This document shows, piece by piece, positions 15,001-27,000 of a DNA stretch of 64,000 bases (the stretch's first letter is position 1; each line of letters opens with the position of its first letter). Source of the DNA: Stegostoma tigrinum (Eukaryota); NCBI RefSeq assembly GCF_030684315.1, contig NC_081355.1, positions 22,221,316 to 22,285,315 of the forward strand. The letters run 5' to 3'. The notes beneath the pieces are model-generated. The model was not told the DNA's origin and ran no database searches. It was given only the letters and a program-made list of their open reading frames with translations. A program made the position numbers and the translations under genes.

Positions 15001-18000
15001 GCCAAATTTCTGGAAACATTTCTCACTGAGCAAAGTCCACTAACCCTGTGGAGATTCGGTGCAAAGCTCACGAGCTACTCTTTGTTTAATTTGATCAAGG
15101 TTATTGAATGATGACAGATAGAATTTTTCCCTTGGAGCTCCAGCAATTTGAACCAACTCATTTTCATCTGCTTCTCCAACACCGATGGCAAGTACATTGA
15201 TGTTTTTCTTCCTCAAGTCATTGGCCGGCTCAGCCACTTCGTCATCGGATTTCCCATCTGTGATCACCAAGAGGTTCTGAGAAATCCCCTTGGGCTTTCG
15301 GCTTCCTGCTGATGGTTCAAAGAATGTCATCACATTCCTAAGTGCCTTTCCTATTTGGGTGCCACCTTGTATTTGTCTGATCTTGTCAATTTTTTGAAAG
15401 AGAGTATTTTGGTCCCTAGTCTCATTCAGGTAAAATTCGGGCTGTGAGTCTTCGCTGAACTGAGCTGCTGCAAAGCGAAAATTTGTTTGGCCAAGATTCA
15501 GAGTTTCAATGATATGTTTCAAGAACTTCTTCACAGATGAAAAGTCATCTGCGTTAATGCTTCCCGATCCATCAATTAGAAAAACAACATCTGATTCAGA
15601 TAGTTCACAATCTGGAACAGAAGAACAAAAAACTTTAATGGCACCCATATTTTATAGGTGTAATTTTTTCACATATTTTCAAGCTTTGGACTTGGTCAAA
15701 CAATTTCTGAACGTAACCCCTCTCTTGAATGCTGACTGGCTTTGAAAGCAATCTGAGTTTCAAATCATCTGGCAAGCATTACTGTGATAAACTTGGGGCA
15801 AAATCTGGGTGTTAAATTCGTGAGATTTCTCTTTAACAAAGTTCACATTGTTACTAATTGTAATATATAACAATAACTTGCACTCATATTCTGCCATCAA
15901 TGTAAAACAAATGCCCGATGACATAGTACATCTGAACAAAACTGAAGCAGCTCAAAGTGAGAATCAGCATTGAATCCCAACAGTGTGGAAGACAGCCATG
16001 CAGCCCATCAAGTTCACATTGACCTTCTGGGGAGTATTCCACCCAGACTCAATCCCCAACTGTATCCCTGCAACCTGCATTTCCAATGACTAACCCACCT
16101 ACCCTGTACCTCCCTGGACACTGCGCAATTTAACATGGCCAATCTACCTACCTTGGACATCTTTGGACTGTGGGAGGAAACCCGCACAGACACAGGGGGA
16201 ATGGTGCAAACTCCACACAGACTCTTGCTGAGGATAGAATTGAACTCAGGTCCCTGGCTCTGGCAGGCAGCAGTGCTAACCACTGACTCCTATAGAAGAT
16301 AATAAGTAGGATGGCAATAAAAGACCGTGAGCAGTATTTAAAGAGTAACAGGAGAGTTCTCTTGTTGCAGAATAGAGACAGGTGGAATGGCTTATATTTC
16401 CAGAAATGGTCAAATAAAATCGCCTGAACGCTGAGGATGTTCTGAGGCAGAGTTTCCTCTGAATGAGAGGAGCAAGGCCTGCCTTCAGTCAATTAAGTCT
16501 CCCTGAAGATCACTTTTGGTATTCTATGTTCAGTGGAGAAGTATACATGACCAATTTTGTTTTAGCAACTGGGTGGGAAATGAGTATGAAACAGGTGGAT
16601 AAGCTTATCATACAGATACTTTCCCAGGCCATTCTCAAGGACTCATGTCGCTTCAAGCTGATGGTGTAACCACAAATTCATACTTCCCCACATACCCCTG
16701 ATAACCTGCCATCTCCTTGCCTGACCAAAAATCCATGGCTTTTTCAGGCAGAGAGTTACAAAGGCTCATGACACTCTGTGAGGAAATGATCCGTTTCTAT
16801 TCTGGTTGAGCTGCTTGACTCCTTAAGAAGAAATATCCAGCCTGTCAAGATCTCTCCGAACCTTGCATGTTTTGAAGTTCAATGAACAAAATGAACTAAT
16901 TTGTTCAGAACTACTTTTATACTTCTAAGCTGTAAGCATTCAATTGTTTAGAATCAAAACATGCATACACCTATGAAAAAATTGCAGAAAGATGCAAATA
17001 AACAGGAAAGATCTAAAAGCAAAACACCTCAAAATTAAGAAAACATGTACTTCAAGTCAGTTTCATAAATTGAAATTAAAAGCTCATTATTTCCATGGAG
17101 TATCAGGAATGTCCAGATCATGTCCACCAGTACACCACGGCATCAGATTTTATGGGAGATGCAGGAATGTGGCTAATTGACATGAGACAGGTTAGTGTAT
17201 ATCCTCCTTTGGTTGGATCTATGGTACCTGCCCGGTCCATGGCAACTGAAAGTTCTTGTGATGACTGGCCAATGCCAGATTTCAGGGGAGAACAGAAGAG
17301 GGAGAGAGTGGGAATGAACTATTTAACCAACATTGAAGTGTTCAGCCTTCTTCAACAATTGTAGAACCTCCAAACCTACCATGCGATCCGTTGATAATTT
17401 GCTTGCTCGAAAATTAGAGGTAATTACCTTAACTTTGAATGACCCACCTGGTTTGGTTTTTGTGCAAATCTGCCGAGAAATCTTTTGGGATAAATACTCC
17501 AAAGCAGTAAAATTGTTAACATAAAACCAATTTTCATCTGATCCTGCAATTGTCCGTAGTTCTTCTGTATTGGCTTTATCTACACCAACAGCAAGGATCT
17601 GAACATTGCTGTCTCTGATAGCTGCAGATGTAGTATCTAATCCTTGCTTAACTGTTGCAGCCCCATCAGTAATGACAATCAGGAACTGAGGAACACCATC
17701 TTCTCTCCGTCCACCGTTTTCTTTTCTCAGAAGGGTTTTTGCATGTTTAAGGGCATCAACAGTGTAAGTGTTTCCACCTACACTGTTTAATTGCTCGATC
17801 TGCTTTTGCACCTCAGCTTTAGTTTTCCATTTGTCCAGTCCACATACGGTTTGGGGTGTACTACCAAACAACACAGCTCCAATTTTAACGTTGTTCGGGC
17901 CAACATTGGTCCTATTTACCAGGCCCAACATGAAAGTTTTCATGCTTTCAAACTGATACTGTCCAATGCTACCTGATCCGTCTATTACAAATAAAATGTC

Positions 18001-21000
18001 AGCCTGTTTGGTCCTTCTGCAAGCTGAAAAAGAAGAAAGAAGTATCCAGTGAATGTCTCATAATGTCTGAGAGAACAAGATATTGAAATTCCTTGCCATC
18101 CTGTCTTAACTCTGGACGAGATTCTGTAACATCATAAAGACACGAGTACCAGGGTGTACATAAAACATTGAACAGTACAGCACAGTACAGGCCCTTCGGC
18201 CCATGATGTTGGGCCAAACTTTTACCCTAAACCGAAGGTCCATCTAACCTCCAGCCTTACCTTAGACTATCATCCATATGCCTATCTAATAGTTGCTTAA
18301 ATGCCCCTAATGAGGCCGACTCCACTACCCTCTCCGACAATACATTCCACGCCCCACACTTTTTGAGTAAAGAACCTACCTCTGAAGTCTCCCCTATGTC
18401 TACCTTCACTCACTTTAAAACTATGACCCATCGTAATAGCTGCCTCCACTCTAGGAGAAAGTCTCTGGATGTCCACTTTATCTATCCCTCTTGATCATTT
18501 TGTACACCTCTATCAAGTCATCTCTCATTGTTCATTATTCTAAAGAGAAAAGCCCTAGCTCTCTCAACCTTTCCTCGTAAGATCTTCCCTCCATTCCAGG
18601 CAACATCATGGTAAATCTCCTCTGCAGCTTTTCTAATGCTTTCACATCTTTCTAATGATGTACCCCAGGACAGGAGTTTGGGGTACATGGGTGAACTGGA
18701 GGATTGCATGCGTGATGTTCACACATTGTGTCTTGTGCCAAAGCCTGTGTAAAAGCCTGCGCTCAGCTTTGTTGAAGTCCTCTGTGACAATGAGGGTTCG
18801 ACTGGATGTAAGTTGGCTGCGGTGGGTGTGGGGGGCATGCTAGTCTGGAGAAGCCTGCAGGTTTTCCTTCAGACCACAGTCTTCATCTGACTAGGCAATA
18901 TGTCCACTGAGGAAAAAAACACTTAAGACTGGAAGTTTCAGACAACCTAGACTGTGCTGTCTATATTCTGATAGAGGGTGATGGGCAGGAATGATACCTG
19001 GTACTGGTAAGAGAAAATATAATGATAGAATTACAGAACAGAAGCAAGGTATATGCCATTACAAGGTACATGTCATTCAACCTATTAGGCCTGTGACATT
19101 GTGTGCTACAGTACTGAACAGATACAATTATTAGGGAAAGTTAACCTGTAGGGTTTTGCTCCCCTAGAAAAGAGAAAGCTGAGGGGTGATCTGATACAGA
19201 CCTTTATATTCTTTGAAATATTGGTAAGATAAAGGAAGCGAGTATGTTTCGACTTTTGTGCAGACCAAAAGTGAATATCGTTATGATAATTCAACAGAGA
19301 ATGATTTGGAATGTGGAACATGCAAATACATGAAGCAATTGGGGCAAATATTTTAGCTTCATTTAAACGGAAGCTGGATATGCACATGGGCTGAAAAGAA
19401 CAGAAAGATTAGCTTTCAAGAAGTAGGGTAGAAGAAGGCTTATGTGGAGTACAAACATCAAAACCTAGTTGGGCTGAATAGCATGTTTCAGTGCTATGAT
19501 GATGTAAACCGATAATATGGCTGCAATAATTCTATAAACGATACATAAAAAAGGACTTTTTCTGATTCTTCTGAAGAAGGGTCCCGACCCGAAATGTCAA
19601 GCTTTCCTGCTCCTCTGATGCTGCTTGGCCTGCTGTGTTCATCCAGCTTCACACCGTGTTATCTCAGATTCTTCAGCATCGGCAGTTCCTACTATCTCCC
19701 TAAATAAGAACTCCTCACCAGGGATGGAAGCCTTCTCATTCAACATCTGCCTTACATGTGTAGTAAGAATCTCACACTACTTGAGGATTTTCTGAAGAAG
19801 GGTCCTGACTCGAAACATCTGCCTGGTTTGCTGTGTTGCTCCAGCTCCACCCTGTGTTATCCCTGACTCCAGCATCAGCAATTCTTACTACCTTTTGAGG
19901 TTCTTCTTTCCAGCAAAGAGGGCTGCATTTTGGTGGGAGAGTGGATTGCTCACTTCCCTGACTAAAAAGCTGATGAACAAAACCAAACAGCAAGGGTGAA
20001 ATGGGACTCCCGCCCCTCATGCAGGAAGAAGCACATTTCCAGTCGACTTGGTAGTATCCAGGACACCACTGGTACTGCAGGCAGACTCATATAAAAGGCT
20101 GGATCCTGGCGCAAGGTAAGTAGTATGTATGGGCTTGCAGCTGGATGAGGTCATTCAGACCATTGAGCCTACTCTACCATTCAACAGGGAAACGGCTGAT
20201 TTGATTACTCTACATTTCCACCTACCCTCCAATAACTTTTCACTCCCTTGCTTGCTAAGGATCAACTCATCACTGTCTTAAAAAAAATCACAAGTGTACT
20301 TCCACTGCCTTTTCATGAAGATATGTGCAAAGACGTATGGCCTCCTGAGACAGAAAAATAGTTTTTCCTCTTGTTTCTGTTTTAATAGAGCAACGCCTTG
20401 TTTCTAAAACAGTGAGTCCTAGTTCTAGTTTCTCCCACAAGAGGAAACAGCCTTTTCACATCCACCCTGACAAGACTCCTCAAGATCTTATATACATTTC
20501 AACCAAGTCACTTCTTACTCTTTTAAAGTCCAATGAATAAGATCTTAATCTGTAACACCTTTCCTCATAAGATAACATGCCATTCTAGGTATTAGTACAG
20601 TAAACCTTTCTGACCTACTTCCAATGCACTTATATGCTTTCAGAAATAAGGAGATCAAAACCATCAAAATGATTCTAGATGTGGCCTCACCATTGCCCTA
20701 TATAACTGAAGCATTACTTTTGTATTCAATTCCCATTGCAATAAGTAAAGACATTCTATTAAGATTCCAAATAAACTGCTGTTCCTCAGTACTAATCTTC
20801 AGTGATTCAATCACGAGGGGACATCCAGAACACTATCTATAGCCCTTTGTAATCTCCTACATCCCCTTCATAAGTTATTTTCCAATCTTTCATTGTGTCA
20901 GCATATTTAGCTACTGGACCTTCAGATCATTCATACACACCTTTTATACTAGTTCTAAAAAATTGAGGTCCCAGCAATGATTTTTTTCAGCATATCACTC

Positions 21001-24000
21001 ATTACAGTCTGCCAATCAAAAACTAATTCTGCATTTCTGCCTGCTTTGCTCCCTGTTAGCGAGCCAATCTTAAATCCATGCCAGTATGTTAACTCCTATA
21101 CCATCAGCTTCATCTTCCCATAGTAATCTTTGATTTAGCAACTTTTCAAATATTTTCTGGAAATTAAGGACCATACACCCACCCTTCCTTATCAACAGCA
21201 TGTGTAACTTCTTCAAAAAAACTCCACAAAATTGTTTAAACTTGAGGGATTTGGGCATTAGTGTTCACAAATCACAAAGAAACAGCATCTAAGTTCAGCA
21301 GGTAATTGGGAAAGGAAATGGAATTTTAACGGGAAAGAGGTCTAAAAGTAAGGAGGCTTTGCCGAAAATATTCAAGGCACTAGACAGATCACACCTGGAA
21401 TATTGTGAACAGTTGGGGCCCTTAGCTAAAGAAAGATACACTGGAATTGGAGGCAGTTCAAAGAATGTAGGGAATAATCTCAGGATAACGGGCTGCCCAT
21501 TTAATACATGCAACAGTAAACCTGAAATTTTTTCCCACAGAAGCTGGGCCGCTAAGTACATTCAAAGTTGACAGAATCAGACTATTATTCAGTAGGGGAA
21601 TTAAGGGCTCATGGTATTATTGGCCTTGTGGTACTATCGCTGTTAATCCAGAGACCCAGGTAATGTCCTGGGGACCCGTGTGTGAATCCCGCCACAGCAG
21701 ACAGTGGAATTTGAATTCAATAAATATCTGGAATTAAGGATCTAATGATGACCATGAACCTATTGTCAATTGTCTGAAAAACACATCTGGTTCACTAATG
21801 TCCTTTAGGGAAGGAAACTGCCATGCTTACCTGGTCTGGCCTACATGTGACTCTAGACCCACAGCCATGTGGTTGGCTCTAAAATGCCCTCTGGTAAATT
21901 AGGGATGGGCAATAAATGCTGTCTGGTCAGCGAGACCCTCATCTGGACAATTAGGGATGGGCAATAAATGCTGTCTGGTCAGCGAGACCCTCATCAGGAC
22001 AATTAGGGATGGGCAATAAATGCTGTCTGGTCAGCGAGACCCTCATCTGGGCAATTAGGGATGGGCAATAAATGCTGTCTGGTCAGCGAGACCCTCATCA
22101 GGACAATTAGGGATGGGCAATAAATGCTATCTGGTCAGCGAGACCCTCATCTGGGCAATTAGGGACGGGCAATAAATGCTGTCTGGTCAGCAAGACCCTC
22201 ATCCCGTGAATGAAAAAAAACAAAGAGACAAGGCAGTAAAGTGAGGTTGAGGGCTATCGGATAAGCCAGACTTTACTTGAACACCAGAACACACTTGATG
22301 GGCTAAACGGCCACATCTGTTATTATTATCTTATGATCTCAAATCCAAGTATTTTCTTGAATATAGCATTAGTCAACTCTCAAAACTCTTGATGTTCCGA
22401 AGTGAAGGAAAACGTTTACTCACTTTCATGAGAATTGCACGTCTCCCAATAAATTTTATCTTCCTGGTCTTTCAACAGATCAAAGTTTTCTATCGAGTGG
22501 ACTTTATCCTGGGATCCCCCAATTTCCAGAAGCTGTTTGTAGTCAATGTTGCCTACGCCCACGGCGACCACGATGATGCCTTTATTCCTTATGGCTGTGG
22601 CTGGTTGAAGGACCTCATCCTGTGCCCTTCCATCAGTTATCACTATGAGGTATTGCGGAACATTAGGGCGACCCCCTTCAGCTTCATCAAAATAGTCCAC
22701 TGCAAAGTTTAGTGCCTTGCCAGTGTGAGTGTCTGATGCAATCTTTTGCATGTCACCAATTGCTCTGTACAGATCATTTTTTAAAAAGAATGTGTTAAGC
22801 CGAAACATTAATTTTACTTCTGTGGAATACTGTATTAACCCAAGTTGAACCCTATTAGGTGCAATATTGCTTTTGTTTACAAAACTTATCACAAATGACT
22901 TCATTTTCTGGAAGTCATGTTGTGCTATACTCTTTGATCCATCGATTAGGAAGATGATGTCAGCTTGACGGTCAGGATTGCAAGCTGAAAGAAAATACAC
23001 CAGAATAGGTATTTTAAAAATGCTGTGAAAATCAGGTTAAAGGAAACAGCAATCTCACAATTTCATCTATATTATATATACGATATAGATATACACATAT
23101 GTCACATGTATCTCATACACTGGACAGATTCTTACACACACTTTAATTTCTGTTAATACTTTGGAATAAAGATATTAGTAATATTTTCAATAGAAACATT
23201 TATAACAATGCAGTGATCACAACACATTGCTTCAAACATTGCTAGTATTTACTTCAATAAAGAAGTGTGTAGAATAACCTTATCACATTAACATTCCAAA
23301 ACGTTAAAAGGTTCAGTAGGGTTGGTAAAAATGTACTATTTCCTCTGATTAGAGAATCATAAATTGAGGTTTCAAAATCTTAGGATTCTAGGTTCTTTGA
23401 GAAATTAATTTTTCTGAGATAAATGCGCTTTTGAGGCCAGGATCTGTAGACTTCCTTTTGTTATGCCATCATGGAATATGGAACCAGGGCAAATTTGGTG
23501 GCACAGTGCCTCACAGTGCCAGGAACCCAGGTTTGAGTGCAGCCTTGGGTACTGTCTCTGTGGAATTTGCACGTTTTCCCTGTGTCTGAGTGAGTTTCCA
23601 CTGGGTGCTCTGGGTTTCTCTCACCGTCCGAAGATGTGCAGGTTAGGTGGATTGGCCATGCTAGATTGCACCCTGATGAGGGATATGTGGGTTAGTTGGA
23701 TTAACCAGGGGATATGTGTGATTATGAGAATAGAGTGGAAGAGGCTTGGTTTGGGTGGAATGCTTATCAGAGGGTTGGTGTAGACTCAATAAGCTAAATG
23801 GTTTCTTTCTGCGCTGTTGGGATTCTATGATTCTAAGTAAATGTAGCTGACATTCAGATCGACCACAGTATAACTGAAAGGGGAACAGGCTCAAGGCGCA
23901 GTAATGCTTATTTGCATCCCTATGTTCCATCACAGTTCATCCAATCAAAATAATTAAAAAGCTTTTAGAAACAAAACTTTCAAATGTCATTTCATTTCAC

Positions 24001-27000
24001 GATAACTTGAGATTTCAGTTGTCCAAAATTAAACTTTAAATGGAATGAGAAAAATAAGAAGTCCATATTGTGACATATTAAGTTTTTGCAATTCTTTTAA
24101 TTCAGGCCTCAGTATCCTCCAATGGCCTTTCTATTATGAAGTCGACATCAACACAGATCCTGCAGTCAAACTATGTAATATAGATGTTTTTAATTGTCTT
24201 GTTGGACATGGATGTCACTGAATGCCCAGCATTTATTGTCCATCCCTAGTTGCCCTTGAGAAGGACGTCGTGAGCTGTCTTCTTAAGCTGCTGCAATCCA
24301 TGTGCCGTTGGAGCTGTCAGGGTGAGAATTCCAGAATTTTGACCCAGTGACAGTGAAGAATATATTTCCAAGACAGAATGGTGAGCAGATTAGGTGGGAA
24401 CTTACAGGTGGTCAAGTCCCTATGTATCTACTGACCTGGTCCTTCCAGATGGAGGTAGTCATGTGATAATAGGAACTGCAGATGCCGGAGAATCCAAGAT
24501 AACAAGGTGTAGAGCTGGATGAACACAGCAGGCCAAGCAGCATCTTAGGAGCAAAAAAATGATTGGAAAGATTTTCCTGATGAAGGGTCTAGGCCCGAAA
24601 TGTCAGCTTTCCTGCTCCTAAGATGCTGCTTGGCCTCTTGTGTTCATTTAGCTCTACACCTTGTTATCTCGGAAGTGGTCATGTGTTTGGAAGGTGCTGT
24701 ATGAGGATCTACGGTGAATTTCTGCCGTGGATCTTGTAGATGTACACATTTCTGCTACTCAGGATTGATGGTAGAGGGAGTAGATGCATGTGGATGCTGC
24801 CAATCAAACAGGCTGCTTTGTCCTGGATGGTGTCAAGTTTCTTGAGTGTTGATGGAACTGCACCCATCCAAACAAGTAAAAGAGTATGCCATCAAACTTC
24901 TGGCTTGTGCTTTGTATCTGGTGGACAGGCTCTGGGGATTCAGGAGCTGCGTTATTTGTCACAGTATTCCTAACCTCTGACCTGCTCTTGTAGTCGTTGT
25001 ATTTATATGATGAGTCCAGTCAAGTTTCTGGTCAATGGTGATCCTGAGGATGTTGATAGCAGGGAAATTCAGTGATAATACTGCCATTGAACAATAAGGG
25101 GATGTGGTTAAATTTTCTCTTATTGGAGATTGTCATTGCCTGGCATTTGTGTGGTTACTTGCCACTTGTCAGCCCAAGCCAGGACTTACTGAATTTGCAT
25201 ATGGACTGCCTCAGTTCCTGACGGGTGGCGAATGGTACTGAACATTATGCAGTCATCAGTGAACATTCCCACTTCTGATGGAGGGAAGGTCATTGATGAG
25301 GTAGTTGAAGACGGTTGGGCCTAGGACACTAACCCGAGGAACTCCTGCACAGATGTCTGTGAACTCAGGGTAGCGTGGTGGCTCAGTGGTGAGCACTGCT
25401 GCCTCATAGCACCAAGGAGCCAGGTTCAATTCCACCCTCGGGGTGGCTGTCTGTGTGGAGTTTGCACATTCTCCCCGTGTCTGTGTGGGTTTCCTCCGTG
25501 TGCTCCAGATTCCTCCCACAGTCCAAAGATGTGTAGGCTAGGTGGACTGGCCACGTTAAATTAGCCCATAGTGTTCGGGGATGTGTACATTAGGTGGGTT
25601 ATATGGGGATGGGTCTGGGTGGGATGCTCTGATGGTCAGTGTGGACTTGTTTGGCTGAAGGGCCTGTTTCCGCACTGTAGGGATGCTATGGTGACTGACC
25701 TCCAACAACTATGACTATCTTTCTACGTGCTAGGTAAGAGTCCTACAAGGGGATAGTTTTCCCTCTGATACCAACTGATTCCTGTTTTTAATAGGGCTTC
25801 TCATTGGCACACTTGGTCAAATGCAGACTTGATGTTAAGGGTTGTCACTTTCAGCTCACCTCCATAATTTGCCTGTTATATTGAAGACACTAAATGAAAA
25901 GAGTGCTTTTCTAAATTCAGTGCTGATTTATTTTTCAAAATAAGAACAGCTTAATTTGTATCACTAAGGGCATTCACTCATCAGTTTTACAACTATGGAT
26001 TGTCATGGAATTAAAGCCCCCTCTTTGTTGAGGAAGGGGGCCACGCGAAATGTGTAATAAAATCACCAACTATCATTCATGACAATGGAATTTGGCTTTT
26101 TCAGTCACTGTAAAACCTTGAGCCTGAATCATAAAGCATCATGACAAAAGAAATTCATTTGCTTTTAAAAGTATTGGGCAGATTTGTTTTGTGTTGGGGT
26201 GAGTAATGCAAGACGGAACAATTTCTGATTTGTCAAACTACCTTTACCTTATCCCAGGAGGTCACAGAGTGGGGGACAGAAATTACAAGCAACATTCACA
26301 GGAAGGAATCTCTAACTGCTGTGGAGAGGGGATTACTGTCAGAGGGAAAGAACAGAAAATGGAATTTTAAAATGCAGGTTTGATGTAAGTAGTGATCATT
26401 GTTTACCTCAAACTGCTGACCTTCAGAAATTATCTCAGGAGTGGTGTAGATCTGGAATCAGGGGCACAACACCTCATATGTTCTTGGATGCCCACCTAGA
26501 GGATGTTGAAAGCCATGGGGGAGAGGAGAGACATCCTCTTCCTGGACAATGGGAGAAGGAAACCAAAGCAAGTCTGCAGGACTTAGTGATTTTGAGCAGT
26601 AGAAGCACAGAATACGGATGCTAAGTCTGGTGGTGGAAATCCTCTAGTGACTTCATTGGTGACTGCACTCCTCAGCTCTCAGGGCAGGCTTCTGGGTGTC
26701 CGCCTCTTCAGCTGGGAGACCAGGTGCACAGCCTCAGAGGGCATGTTGTCCCTGAGCATAGGATCAGTGCTTCCCAAGACACTTAATGATTTGTCTGAAC
26801 AGCTGAGTGCCTCTGAGAACCTGTCTATATTGAGTTAATTATTTTTAATGAACTTGTTCAGAAGTGTCATGACACACCTTGGAAACAGGTGGGATTTGAA
26901 TTCAGTTCAGGAGATGGTAAAAAGCGTTACTTTAGTCTTTGCAATATTAATGAGATAATCACACATGGAATTAGTTTTTTAAGAACACACTGATTACAGT

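Larger units (their letters stand above)
24190..25860 (-). mobile_element. Degenerate CR1/L2-group LINE, host of the nested Penelope palindrome and an HE1 SINE
   Basis: RT motif [22 protein letters not shown] (25280-25350); 3' tail ccagcatttattgtccatcccta shared with the Meta-like SINE. Confidence 0.7.

Noticed and set aside
18660-18900. GC-richer coding-like fragment (minus: [20 protein letters not shown]...)
   Set aside because: Stops nearby, no splice context and no family I can recognise; it would need BLASTX.
20150-21605. Twin-primed (5'-inverted) CR1
   Set aside because: Both halves cover overlapping 3' regions and have their own tails, so they are two independent insertions.
21897-22204. 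CRISPR-like array
   Set aside because: Head-to-tail identical units with no unique spacers, derived from a SINE tail in eukaryotic DNA.
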